A stretch of 63,804 nt of DNA, the filler included, from Reticulomyxa filosa (taxonomy: Eukaryota; Protista; Foraminifera): assembly GCA_000512085.1 (NCBI GenBank). It is 26 parts of 26 records of this genome, joined end to end, with 100 filler letters (N's around TTAATTAATTAA, not from the genome) between each part and the next. Parts side by side here need not be neighbours in the genome. Positions count along the whole stretch, not along the records: positions 52,670 to 54,273 come from ASPP01035231.1; positions 54,374 to 56,689 come from ASPP01025416.1; positions 56,790 to 58,956 come from ASPP01023132.1; positions 59,057 to 60,113 come from ASPP01024251.1; positions 60,214 to 63,804 come from ASPP01014105.1; 21 more parts are not named here. One strand, written 5' to 3'. Positions 53,161-63,804 of this stretch are shown one piece after another. Numbering within the stretch: the first letter of the stretch is position 1; each line of letters opens with the position of its first letter. Below the pieces are notes generated by a model. That model was not told the origin of the DNA. It did no database searches and worked only from the letters and a program-made list of their open reading frames with translations. The position numbers were made by a program, and so were the translations under genes.

Positions 53161-53854
53161 GATTATGACGTTAATTTCAAAACAAATCCTTCAATTGAAC
53201 CGGGAAATTTTTGTGACGATAACACCCTAATTTTTTGTTTTGTGTTATTATCGCTTTCTGATGTCTTGTCAATTTTAGTTTACACTCAAGCTGTTTTAAC
53301 CCGATTGCAAAGCGATTCAAGCATTCACAATCTTAAAATATGTTGAATACAACACAGCGGTTCCTTTAGGTTCATTTGACTTACCTGCTAAAGAGCCAAA
53401 TGCTTCATAACTTATTGTAAATATTCAAACAAATCCTTTTGTTGAGAAAATCTCATTTTTAAAACAATTCCTGATATAAAAAATGAAAAAAAGAGAAACC
53501 ACGTTACAGGCATATTTCAGAACTTCGTCTTCGAGAAGTGATCAAAAAGAAATTGAAGAATACCGAAAAGAAGGAAGGCAACTTGCTTACTTTTTAATCA
53601 AAATTAGCAAGCACTGACAGGCTTTCTTGAAATCAAATTGCTACTGATTCAAGCAATAATGTGCAAAATGTACAAAGCATTTGATAGTAGTAAATTGTTC
53701 AAGTCTATTATTTCTTGAATATATTTATACATATTTTAAACTGTGTTCAATATATGAATAGTAATTTTACTTATATATTTTTTCTCATTTAAGATATTAC
53801 AGAATATTTACATCCAATATTTTACATAAATTTTTTAAAATTTCATTAGTTCAG

Positions 53855-53922
53855 TTCCCCATAATCGAATTGTCTATCATCTGAGCATGAAATAATGATA
53901 CGTCCATTTGGTGAAAATTTTA
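53855..53922 (-). pseudogene. WD40 blade remnant abutting Tc1 end
   Basis: (V)KFSPNGRIIISCSDD followed by a frameshifted IRLW. Confidence 0.55.
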
Positions 53923-54273
53923 CATGTTGCATAAAAAACTGAACACCTAAAATGCCACTTTATGAAGATTATTGATTTTCTCCATGAAAAACAGCATTTA
54001 ATACTAATTTTTTAAAAATATTTACAAATGTTGTAGCTTTTAAATGTAGAATTGATTTTTGGATAATTTTTTTTTGATTTGGATAAAATGTCATTTTTTC
54101 ATATGATTTTTGTAAATTTTAGCAAAAAAATTTAAAAGTTTTATTTGTTACCCTTTTGTTGGTTTTCCTTTAGCATCAATTACTGCTTGGATCCTTCTTG
54201 GCATTGAAGCAATTAAGTCGTTGCATAGCTTTTTCTGTTTTTTCCCAAACTGTTTCGAATTTTTTTCATAATT
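53923..54273 (-). mobile_element. Tc1/mariner right end: transposase C-terminus plus TIR
   Basis: ...VWEK/QKKLCNDLIASMPRRIQAVIDAKGKPTKG* (stop 54148-54150), then ~225 bp homologous to the other TIR copies, ending TG|TA. Confidence 0.85.
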
Positions 54274-54373
54274 NNNNNNNNNNNNNNNNNNNNNNNNNNN
54301 NNNNNNNNNNNNNNNNNTTAATTAATTAANNNNNNNNNNNNNNNNNNNNNNNNNNNNNNNNNNNNNNNNNNNN

Positions 54374-55456
54374 GCAAAAGTTTATCGAAATCCAAGACAT
54401 CAATGTGTGTTATACACACACAATATATATATCCACATATATGGATTTGAATATGTTGAAAAATACACAGAATTGGTTTGCTTGGAAAAATAGCAAGGAT
54501 TGACTCCATTGATGAATGCATTAATACACCAATCGAAATTGAATGATGATATCATACAATCACTTATTCCACAAAATTTCAAAGAGAATTATAAGTTCTG
54601 GGAATGCAAGTGTAATGAATATGGAGTTAATACTTTTTTTGAGGAATTTCTTTTTGTGTTTCAAATATGATGCATAAATAAATCCATTTCAATAATAATA
54701 AAAAAATAGATTGGGAAAAACATATTGCACTTAATGTTCGAAAAGGCTTTACCAAATGTAGAAGAACGATTAAGTCTGATGATGAAATATGTGCCTGATG
54801 AATCTTGGAAGAAACTTATTACCACACGTGACGAAGTTGAGCTAAAGGAAGGAAATAAAGTGTAATATGCGCTTTTTTTTATTTTTATGTTGTTTTGATT
54901 TTAATGCATCATTACATAAAGAATAATTCAATTACAAATACACATTTAGTATGGCCGAACGCCTTTGATGTTCGCACTATGGCAGTCTCTAGAGATGAGT
55001 GAAGACATTATGTCTTTGCTAATACCAAAGAACAACAAAAACCTGTATTTTTGGAAGATGACAACAAATGTTTGTCTGTTTATAAGATCTATTCATATTG
55101 GTGTGAATGGATTTGTTTGTTTGAATGTATGATGGAATAGGATAATTTTAATGGCTCGGAAGGTCTAAATATGATACATCTGGTTGTGTCGAGCGAAAAC
55201 ATAAATGCATTTGGCAATTTGAAGTGCTTGCAAGAACAAATGCCTCTAACCGTATGGAAGGAGTTGTTGGACCAGAAAAATAAGGTAGTGTATAATGTTG
55301 TTTGTGGTGTATAATAACAATTAAAATGTTGTCAATGTCTGCGAATGTGTGTGTGACAATTTATAGATGAAGGAAACACCTTTTGATGCTGCTAGCCGTT
55401 TGGAGAGATCTGACATCATCAAATATTTAAGAAATGAATGTTTTGAAAAAGAATAA
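54374..55456 (+). CDS. Ankyrin-repeat protein C-terminal part (spliced, 5'-partial)
   Basis: GKNILHLM, YGRTPLMFAL, GLNMIHLVV, NK|MKETPFDAASRLERSDIIKYL...KE* (stop 55454-55456). Confidence 0.7.
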
Positions 55457-56194
55457 TCAATTTTTAAGTAGATAAGACAAAATATGATACGCCAAACGTT
55501 ATTATAGTATACTCTGAAAAAGATAATACTTTAATATTTTTAATATTTTAATCATCAACTTGTAATGTTTTTTTATTTCATTATATTTTTCTATTGTTAC
55601 TTTTTCTTTATTTTCGGTTATTTTCCAGGTATCTATTTTTTGTCGTTTGTTTGTGGTTGGTTGCTAATAATTACTTTTTTTTTGGTGATGCGATGCTGTC
55701 TTTTTATTTTCACTAGTTTGATCGCATATATTGCTTTCAGAAATATTGTGTTGTTATTGCTCATATGGAGTGATGACACTGCTAAGTTTTAACGAAGATA
55801 TTTATTGAAATCTTAACACACTTAAAAAAAAAATTTAAACGTAATCATTTGTCCTTTGAAAAAATCAAAGCTTCTATCGATGTATATCTGTGCAATAAAT
55901 TTTGATTTTTGTTTGTATAAAAGCAAAGAAAATTTCCAGAACAGTTTTTAACTGTGAGTGCAATGCCCTACTAATTACATGAGAAACTTCATATGAACGA
56001 GGGAGCTCTTTTTTCATCAACACCTTCACTATCTTTCTTCTTTCACTTTTCTGTTTTTCTTATTTCTTGTCAGTGAGTTGTTTATCTTGTTATTTAACTA
56101 CTTTTGTTTGCCTTTTGAAAACATCTTTCAGTAATTACCTTCGTATTACACTTGGTGCTACTTCAATCTTCATACAACTGGTCCAAACAGTTCA

Positions 56195-56652
56195 CAGTGA
56201 AACATTTGATTGCTTTTAAGAAAGGAGTTGCTGTTGGTATGATGGTTGGTTGAACTAGCATTCGACATATAGTAAAGAAATTTAATGTAAGTATAGCTTC
56301 GCTTCGATTTTGGCTGGCATCATATGAGTGTAATGGAACCGTAAAAAGAAAATCTGGATCTGACAGGTCATAGAAGATTCATAATGTCACAAAGCTAAAG
56401 AAATAATGGATTTGTTTAAAGAAAATTATATAACTGATAAATTTTCATACTAATCCACCAGACATAAATTCAATTGAGAACATTTGGTGAATAATTAAAG
56501 TAAAATTATACAAATGCAAAAAATTAACAACAAACAAGAATTTTGTGAAAAATTTGAAAAATTTATATTCAACTATGTCAAGCTATAGTTGAGTCAATGC
56601 CAATGAGAATTAAAGCCTTATCAATGCACAAGGAAAACCAACAAAATGGTAA
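56195..56652 (+). mobile_element. Internally deleted Tc1/mariner transposase remnant
   Basis: G*TSIRHIVKKFNVSIA...GTVKRKSGSDR (HTH/GRPR-like), NPPDINSIENIW (SPDLNPIENxW), IVESMPMRIKA...AQGKPTKW*. Confidence 0.8.
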
Positions 56653-56789
56653 AACATTACAAAAACTAATTTTAAACAAAATAATTTTTNNNNNNNNNNN
56701 NNNNNNNNNNNNNNNNNNNNNNNNNNNNNNNNNTTAATTAATTAANNNNNNNNNNNNNNNNNNNNNNNNNNNNNNNNNNNNNNNNNNNN

Positions 56790-58956
56790 TTGTTCAAGAT
56801 TTACTCATTGCAATCAAACGCGTGGAGAGAATTGAGAAAGATAAGGACAAATATGGAATATATACCTCCATTTTGTCTAACTTATATTCCAAGATCGGTA
56901 ATATATCCATTTCCAAGATGCAAATTTTGAAAGAAATGCTAATGCATGGATGTTTGCGCGGCAGTATTAGTCTATATTCGACTGAAGCGGCACTATTGAA
57001 TCGTTGTTTGGAATCAATACTTTTAAATGAACAAGTGGATGAAAATAGTGAAAGTTGGACGAAGTGGTTGATCAAATTCGTCAGAATGAAATTGGATTGA
57101 TTATGAAAATTTCAACAACAAAAGTGAATTTGGTTAAGCTTATTACAACCATGATTAACGAACATATGGACTTGTCAAAGCTAAATAAAAATCAGCGCAT
57201 ACACGAGTTATTGCAAAAAATGAACCAGTTGTTGTCTACTTTCAGCATTACTGATCATCAGTATGAACACTCTTTGCACGTATGGTTTTTGAGACAAATT
57301 TACAAGTTGAAAGGGATTCATTGGATCGAAATGATATTTGCCCATTCTGTGATCCGTCAACGCTTCCAGCTATTTCGACAAGTCAATCCAATCAATGTGT
57401 TTGGATTACTTCGTGAAAGGACATGGCGTAATGATACTTTCAATCCCTTCTTTGGAATCTATGGAAACAGGGATTACGATGATATATTACATAAAAACAT
57501 AACTCAAAACACTTTCCCTGTTAATGGCTCATCCCTTTCTTTTCGAATAATTGCAGAATCTTTGTCACTGATATATTTGTCTGGTAACAACTACTCGGGA
57601 ATGCAATTACAAAGTTATTTCTATTTTCTCCTTTTTCTCAAACATATTGAAGCAAACAAATCCAACGCAAATAAAAATACGAATATTTCATATAGACTTG
57701 CATGCACATATCCAAAAGTGTTTCACACAAAGAATATTTTTGCAAATCTTCACTCATTTTACATCATCTCCAAGGGATATTCAATCGTCTTATTGGAAAT
57801 CTACAAGAGATCCACTTGACTTGATCGTGATAAGATTATGTTTCCATTTTATGTCAGTTCTCCCATTCATGAAACGCAATCCATTTCGATTTCTATTTGA
57901 TGAATCTGAGCTATTCTTGTTCGACAAAGGTTATGAATCGGATACTTTGAAAATCCATTATTGTTCGCATAATCACCCACTTTTAATCAATGCTTCGGTA
58001 TCTAAAGGTGTGACATGTCCATGGAAAGATTGTGGTGCCACAATTTCTAGAACATCTCCCAAATCGAAGAATACAACAGACACAAAGAGCATTTGGTCTA
58101 TATTGAGGAGATATTATACGTCTCCCAAAAAAACAGAGCCAAGTGGTTTGAGACCATTAACGTCGACATTGTTGCGATTTTTGTATCATTTGCTGTTACT
58201 ATTACGAAGTGAAGGAGTTCCACAAGATGAAAGAAAAATTCAAGAGCTGATGAAGCAAAACAATAAACAAGACGTCTTCAAAATTTTATTGAAACAGATA
58301 AAACAAGATTTCAAAAGTTTAGAAATACAAACAGATTTAAATGAAGAACTATTGAATATTGCTCTTCATTCGTGGATTAAACATTTCTCTGAAAACTTTA
58401 AAACATGGTATCCTCAAGGACTTACTCGTGGAGACTTAACAGAGGTTTATGAATTTGAAAAGAGGTTGGATAATGAATATTCGACATTTTTTAATTCAAA
58501 AAACGAGTTCATTAAACTCAGAAATAAAAGTGAACTTGAACCAAATGATAACAACAAGTTTAAAGAATTAATGGATGAAATTGAAGAAACAAAGGAAATG
58601 AATCAATGTTATGAAGCCAAGTATCTCCCACTATTTTTAAAGATTCAGCCATTGTCATGGAGAGATTTGTGCCATGTTTTTAATAACAATCCCTCTTTAT
58701 CACAAAAGTATCCTTTGACCGCTAAATTGTTGAAATGCGACGAAAGTATTTGGTATATTCAATATCTACCCTCCATCATCAATTTGATCAGGTTTGTGCA
58801 CATGAAATACTCGCGACAACGTTTTTCAGATGAGTTGCGTCAAATTCGTGTGAGTAACATATTGAAGCAACAATATCAATGTAAGATATGGTGGGAACAC
58901 TTCATACGCTGCTGGAACTTCTTTGCATTGGATTGCGAAAAGCTGGGCAATAATTG
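56790..58956 (+). CDS. RNF213/mysterin-like E3-module region with degenerate RZ finger (partial, two frame breaks)
   Basis: HYCSHNHP...CPWKDCGATIS, then LRPLTSTLLRFLYHLLLLL, ILLKQIKQDFKSL, YPLTAKLL...IQYLPSII, WEHFIRCWN, in the same order as the RNF213 C-terminal helices. Confidence 0.65.
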
Positions 58957-59239
58957 NNNNNNNNNNNNNNNNNNNNNNNNNNNNNNNNNNNNNNNNNNNN
59001 TTAATTAATTAANNNNNNNNNNNNNNNNNNNNNNNNNNNNNNNNNNNNNNNNNNNNCTAGCAGTATCTGAAAGAATTTCGAAGTTAATCTTCGATTATTA
59101 ACAACGTCAACAAGATCGTGGCGAAAACAGAAACAAAGACAAAGATACAAAGAAAATATTTTCAGTAAAATTTTTTATAGAGATAACAACACCCAAAACG
59201 AACAGCCGATTAACAAGAAAGAATGTCGAACAAAAGTGA

Positions 59240-60113
59240 GCAACTTTTCTATTAAATATATTAATGATTTACCAACAGTTATTCATCAACCTATTCAATG
59301 TGGAATGTTTGTTGATGACATCGGTGAAAGAGTGATCAATTGCGATCATTGCAGCAAAGCCTGAATGAAGTATCCATTTGGTTGAATAAATGGAAGATGT
59401 TACTTGCAGCTGATAAGACGCAGTGCATTGGATATTCGACATACTTATGTTTATCTATTATACAAACCATTATTCGTCCTAGTCTCGAGTGTGCATCAGC
59501 ATTTTGGAATGGTGCAGCAGGCACTCATAAGAGACGATTGAAAAAGATACAGAGGATTGCAATGTGTCGAATTTTAGTGTGATGAACCAGACTGCTTATG
59601 ATACAATCAATGTTATTCCCAGCTTCCCCCTCTTGAATTACAACGAAGACAAGAAGAGGTGAAGTTGTATCACAAATGTATCAGATGGTCAGGTCATAAT
59701 CTTGTGTTGTTGGAATGAGTCAAGACCAAAGACCCACTTGAATTATATATCATGGATTGGTAAATTATCGACATTATCCCGCATCAATGAAGCTGATGCT
59801 AGAGTAGATTCGCACTCAATCCCAAATGTTCCGCCAATGCAAATATCACCATTTGCAATTTTCAATGGGCATCATTAGATGAAATTTTATCATCATTGGA
59901 CTTTGATTGCAATCCTATATTTGCCACAATGGCTGGAGTTGGAATATCCAATCAATGGTATTACAACAAACATGGATCATAGATCGAAGCAATTAGACTT
60001 GCATTGGAATATTTGAGTAATCATTACAGATCACATTGATTTTTTTTTTTTATCATTGATTATTCTCTGATTGCAAATTCGTGATTAATTCGATATTTAA
60101 CAAATGGGATTCT
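59240..60113 (+). mobile_element. Non-LTR retrotransposon remnant (RT + RNase H)
   Basis: YINDLP...GMFVDDI, LQQSLNEVSIWLNKWKMLL...KTQCI, IIRPSLECASAFW...LKKIQRIAM, PPLELQR; RNase H-like EAIRLALEYL...ILSDCKFVINSI; many lesions. Confidence 0.82.
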
Positions 60114-60213
60114 NNNNNNNNNNNNNNNNNNNNNNNNNNNNNNNNNNNNNNNNNNNNTTAATTAATTAANNNNNNNNNNNNNNNNNNNNNNNNNNNNNNN
60201 NNNNNNNNNNNNN

Positions 60214-60766
60214 TGTCAGTCAATTTGGGTGTTGTGCGGTGGATGTTGCCATGGCCTTGAGTGGTAGTGGGGTATTGCAACCAGTATTGCAATAAAGCGT
60301 GATTGAGGACTACGTATGACGCAAGAAGTGGTGTTTTGCGTTGGAATATTCCAGCTTTTTCTAGAGTAATGGTATTGCTTAATGCATCGTCGTTACATGA
60401 AATTTGAATGTGTTCTGGTTTTTCGCTGATGATCAAACTTAATAGAAATTTCAGGTCCAAAATAGTATCTTCCAAATCTACTGCAAAACGATGCTCTTCT
60501 AAGTTATAACCAAATATTGTCAACGTATGCTTTGGGTCTCGTTTTACTCGCAAAGTGCATTTCACCTTTGGCGGAATTTCAAACGAGTCCACGTTGCCTT
60601 CGATTGTCAATCTTTGGTGCACTGGCAAGTGTCCGTGCTCTAAATGAATCTTGCGCTTCAGTTCGCACACAAGGGCTTCCTTTGTGTTGTGAGCTAATCG
60701 TAATTCCACTGTTTTCCATGTTTTCTCTCCAGGCAGGATTATGGATACTTCTTTGGTTATCGACAT
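60214..60766 (-). CDS. Protein with tandem ubiquitin-like domains (3'-partial)
   Basis: VCELKRKIHLEHGHLPVHQRL and VDLEDTILDLKFLL...PEHIQI...LSNTITLEKAGI are two beta-grasp-like units; no terminal GG. Confidence 0.65.
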
Positions 60767-61037
60767 TTTTTTTGGTTTCTTTTACTATATCGTACTGAAT
60801 TTTTCTTTTTTAGTTGGAACTGTCAAGTTTGTAGTTGGTATTATTCAACTGCGGAATTTGGTGTTATCAGGTGATATACCAATAAATAGTTTTTATTCAT
60901 TATAAAATAACTTACAGTGTCAAATTTTTTTACCGTATGCTCTGTTCTTTTGTTGTTTCTGAAAAGATTTTTTTTGTGTTGTAATCTTTTAAGGTTTGGC
61001 TTGGTTAATATTCAAAATAGCCTCAAAGCAAGAAATA

Positions 61038-61857
61038 ATGCAGTTTGATGTCATTTGTGCTGTATTTTGAACTTATATTCTCTATATTCGTTCTATTAAC
61101 AACGACTTTTTTGTTTCGCTTCCATATTATGTTTGATTGAACAAATTTTCAGAACTACAAGCAATCAAAGATGCAGAGAAGTCAAGCACCCATCGACCCA
61201 TAGAAAGAAGACTTCAGTAGGTACGATTTGCAAAAACAAAAGATAATGGTTCACAAAAGTCTGTTTTGAAATCTTGGATAATATAATATAGCTTGTAACA
61301 ATTGCCGTCGCAGCAAAGCAGGTACTAATAAGAAGTTTGATCTGCGTTCTCAATAAGTCAATAAGATAGTTTTTTTAAGTGGTTTGTTTTGAAGAGTAGT
61401 GAGGTGTAAGACTTCAAAAACGTTTTTAGAGTTTGTTTTTGTGTTGCATATGGACGTGTATTGCAGCATGTGATCAAGCTCGTCCTTGCCAACGATGTGT
61501 GCGAATGAAGAAACATAACTGTACTGACTGGGATGTTTGTGTTGAAGAAGAGGATACAAAAACCCTTCCGAAAGCTAAACATGATCGCAAAGCGCAGATA
61601 AAGACAAATGTTAAAAACGAGAGTGAACAAGCACTTGATGACTTTTTAATCAAAGTTATTACTTGTGTTTTTTTCGCAAAATATAGCCCAAAAAAAGTTC
61701 GGTTTGCTTGGGGGTTTGCTTTTTTTTTTTTGAACAATAACCAAATAAACAGTTTCGCTCGTGGCATAATAACGAACACAATCCCCTTCTTAGCACTCCA
61801 TTTGCTTTGAGCACGTCTCTATTTAATACGCCAGTGCTGACAAAGAATGGCCGTTGA
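61038..61857 (+). CDS. Small Zn(II)2Cys6 (GAL4-type) binuclear cluster protein
   Basis: Phase-1 introns at 61221-61291 and 61322-61466 give RKKTSVACNNCRRSKAACDQARPCQRCVRMKKHNCTD (Cx2Cx6Cx5Cx2Cx7C). Intron 61654-61752; stop 61855-61857; start exon tentative. Confidence 0.85.
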
Positions 61858-63641
61858 CCGAGACTTTGCTATGTTGCCATAATTTTGTGTGCAATCTTGT
61901 TTTTCTTTATTTTTAATCGTTCGTTTAACCTTTTTTTTCGTTTGCTGTCCATGTCGAAGAGGGGGGAATTTTTTTACTTTTTTTTTTGCAATGATCTGGA
62001 AGTTGCTTGGTGCAACCCATATCAGTGTTTGTATTGGGATTTTTTTTCTAATCGAAGATTCAACTAACAAAATCAAAATAATCGTTACATTTAATAACGT
62101 TTATAAATCGATTTTTTGGTTCGCAGCAAAATGAAAACTAAAACAAAAGAGACACTAAAAAAGTTATCAGTCCAAAATATTGATAAAAAAGTATTGTCAG
62201 TTATCTGGTTCACTTATTTTGTTAATGGCGTGAGATATCGCCGACCTACATTTATTCCTATGTTAAAATTGAGTAATAAAAACGTTAACAATGAAAATTT
62301 TAAATTATTTCTACAGTATTCGTGACTTTTTACATGTACAAAAACGCTGTGTGGAATTTGCCTTGAAAGTTAGGTCTTTTTTGTGTTTTGGTATATACGT
62401 TACACTAGAGTTTTGCGCTGTACACTCAACTCCGACAATTGGATTCTCTAGTTTTAATGCCTTTCAGAACTCGCGTGTAGTGTCACGGTCAATATAACAT
62501 ATCCCTCTTTTGGCTGCCTGGTCCCTGTCGAACGACACTCACAATAATTCGTCTCAATGATGATTTGCTGTCCTTTTTGTGCTCCAATCAATATTGTGAC
62601 ATGGCTTGTCGCCCCTGTTATGTTGGGTTTTGTGTGATAGTACGTATTGACGTTGGTTCCTTTCCTGTAAAAAAAAGAAGGAAAATTGTATTTTAAAAGC
62701 TAATGTAAAAAATGAAAAAAGGGTTATTTACACAGGGTTTTCATCGCGTATTTCTCGCCAGTGATAATATCTTCAATTTCATAAGTGCTTGAAACTCATG
62801 TCCATATACTTTGATTGCTCCGAAAGTTATGAACTTGCAGTTTCGGGACATTGCGTTCGTGTAGGTAATTGCTAATATCATTTTTTGGGGTAAAAAGACA
62901 CTGGCTGCTACCGGTGTTTGTGTCCAGCGCACTGTTGTCGTCATTTGCCTTTGTTTCGTTTGCTTTTGGTAAATAACTCTCCAGACTATTTTCTTTCATA
63001 TCGTCAATAATCGCTTTTGACTTAAAGAATTGCTAGTTTGTGGGATTTCTTAAAATTCTTTGTCAAACAAAAATAAGTGTTGTGAAGAAAATTTCAAAAA
63101 CTTGGAAAAAAAAAGCAAATAAACTTGTACTGTCACATTAGAATACGTAAATAAAAATAAGTTGATGTATGCAAAATTCGGTCGAAAAATATTTTTTGCA
63201 GACAAATTTTCTATAATACAAAAATTCCCTTGGATAGCGTTGCAAAACAAAACTTTCTTTCAAAAAAAAGTATATATCAAACAAGCAATGTAGTAATATC
63301 ACAAATAGGGTAATTGAAATCAAAATATATCAAGTCAAATGAGAAAATTGCACGATATTATCGCCACGTGATGCTGCATATCAATATCAACTGCTGACTA
63401 AACAATTTAATCTATACTAACAACAGCAATCATTGGTCAACATAAGTCAACGATACAAACAAATAACAGCATTTATATTATAACTGCAATAACAATATAA
63501 TATAATATGAATTGCAAATGAACACAATAACAACTTCAACTATTAAAGTATTAATATCACTTACATAGCAAGTATAGTTAAAGTCAATCTAACTAATGAA
63601 ACAAGAATACGCTGATGGGGAATCTAGTAGCAACGAAAATA

Positions 63642-63804
63642 CAGTATATTGCAAAAAAAACTGACATACCTAAATGGCACTATATGAAGAGAATCGATTT
63701 TCTTCATGAAAAATAAAGATTTAAACCTAATTTTTTTTTTAAAAAATATATACTAATCTTGTACTTTTTAAATATTAAATTGGTTTTATGATAAGTTTTT
63801 TCTA
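63642..63804 (+). mobile_element. Tc1/mariner terminal inverted repeat copy
   Basis: TA|CAGTATATTGCAAAAAAAACTGACATACCTAAATGGCAC...: TA target plus CAGT terminus; homologous to 53923-54070. Confidence 0.8.

Noticed and set aside
7783-60213. Recurrent TTAATTAATTAA motif as CRISPR-like repeat or regulatory element; ORFs ending XXXXLIN
   Set aside because: Always centred in exactly 88 Ns; it is an artificial six-frame-stop linker.
1-63804. A functional gene cluster linking the genes of this window; rRNA, tRNA or CRISPR arrays
   Set aside because: Contig order is arbitrary, so cross-linker synteny is meaningless. I saw no rRNA, tRNA or repeat-spacer array by eye; a tRNAscan/Rfam run would be needed to exclude them.

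Overview
This window is not one locus. It is 26 unrelated short contigs joined by 25 artificial 100-bp linkers (44 N + TTAATTAATTAA + 44 N), so nothing can be inferred from adjacency across linkers. Most contigs come from an AT-rich, intron-containing, standard-code protist with poly-Asn tracts and many pseudogenes. Lineage-typical Kelch, WD40 and RNF213-like families suggest the foraminifer Reticulomyxa filosa (inference). A residual 454 FLX paired-end linker at 23890-23945 and homopolymer-linked frameshifts point to a 454-era assembly. Recognisable host genes: SMYD-like SET protein, inner-arm dynein heavy chain (DNAH2-like), G6PD, CSN4, NCKX exchanger, SNF7/VPS32, CLEC16A, ankyrin, TSP1, FN3 and tandem-UBL proteins, two RNF213-like pieces, and an intron-split GAL4-type Zn2Cys6 factor. 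Mobile DNA: five pieces of a Tc1/mariner family and a non-LTR retrotransposon remnant with RNase H. Two contigs are bacterial. One is a GC-rich betaproteobacterial-like uvrD plus response regulator. The other is an AT-rich, endosymbiont-like T1SS ABC-transporter pair bounded by IS5-like and IS1-like elements. The best leads are a spliced (RRM + CCCH/CCHC finger)x2 + chromo-barrel + SAP protein, a ~120-bp palindrome, an RNF213-like RZ finger lacking its catalytic Cys, and the Zn2Cys6 gene. I could not establish a complete novel multi-gene system. All family assignments are from motif recognition, not searches.
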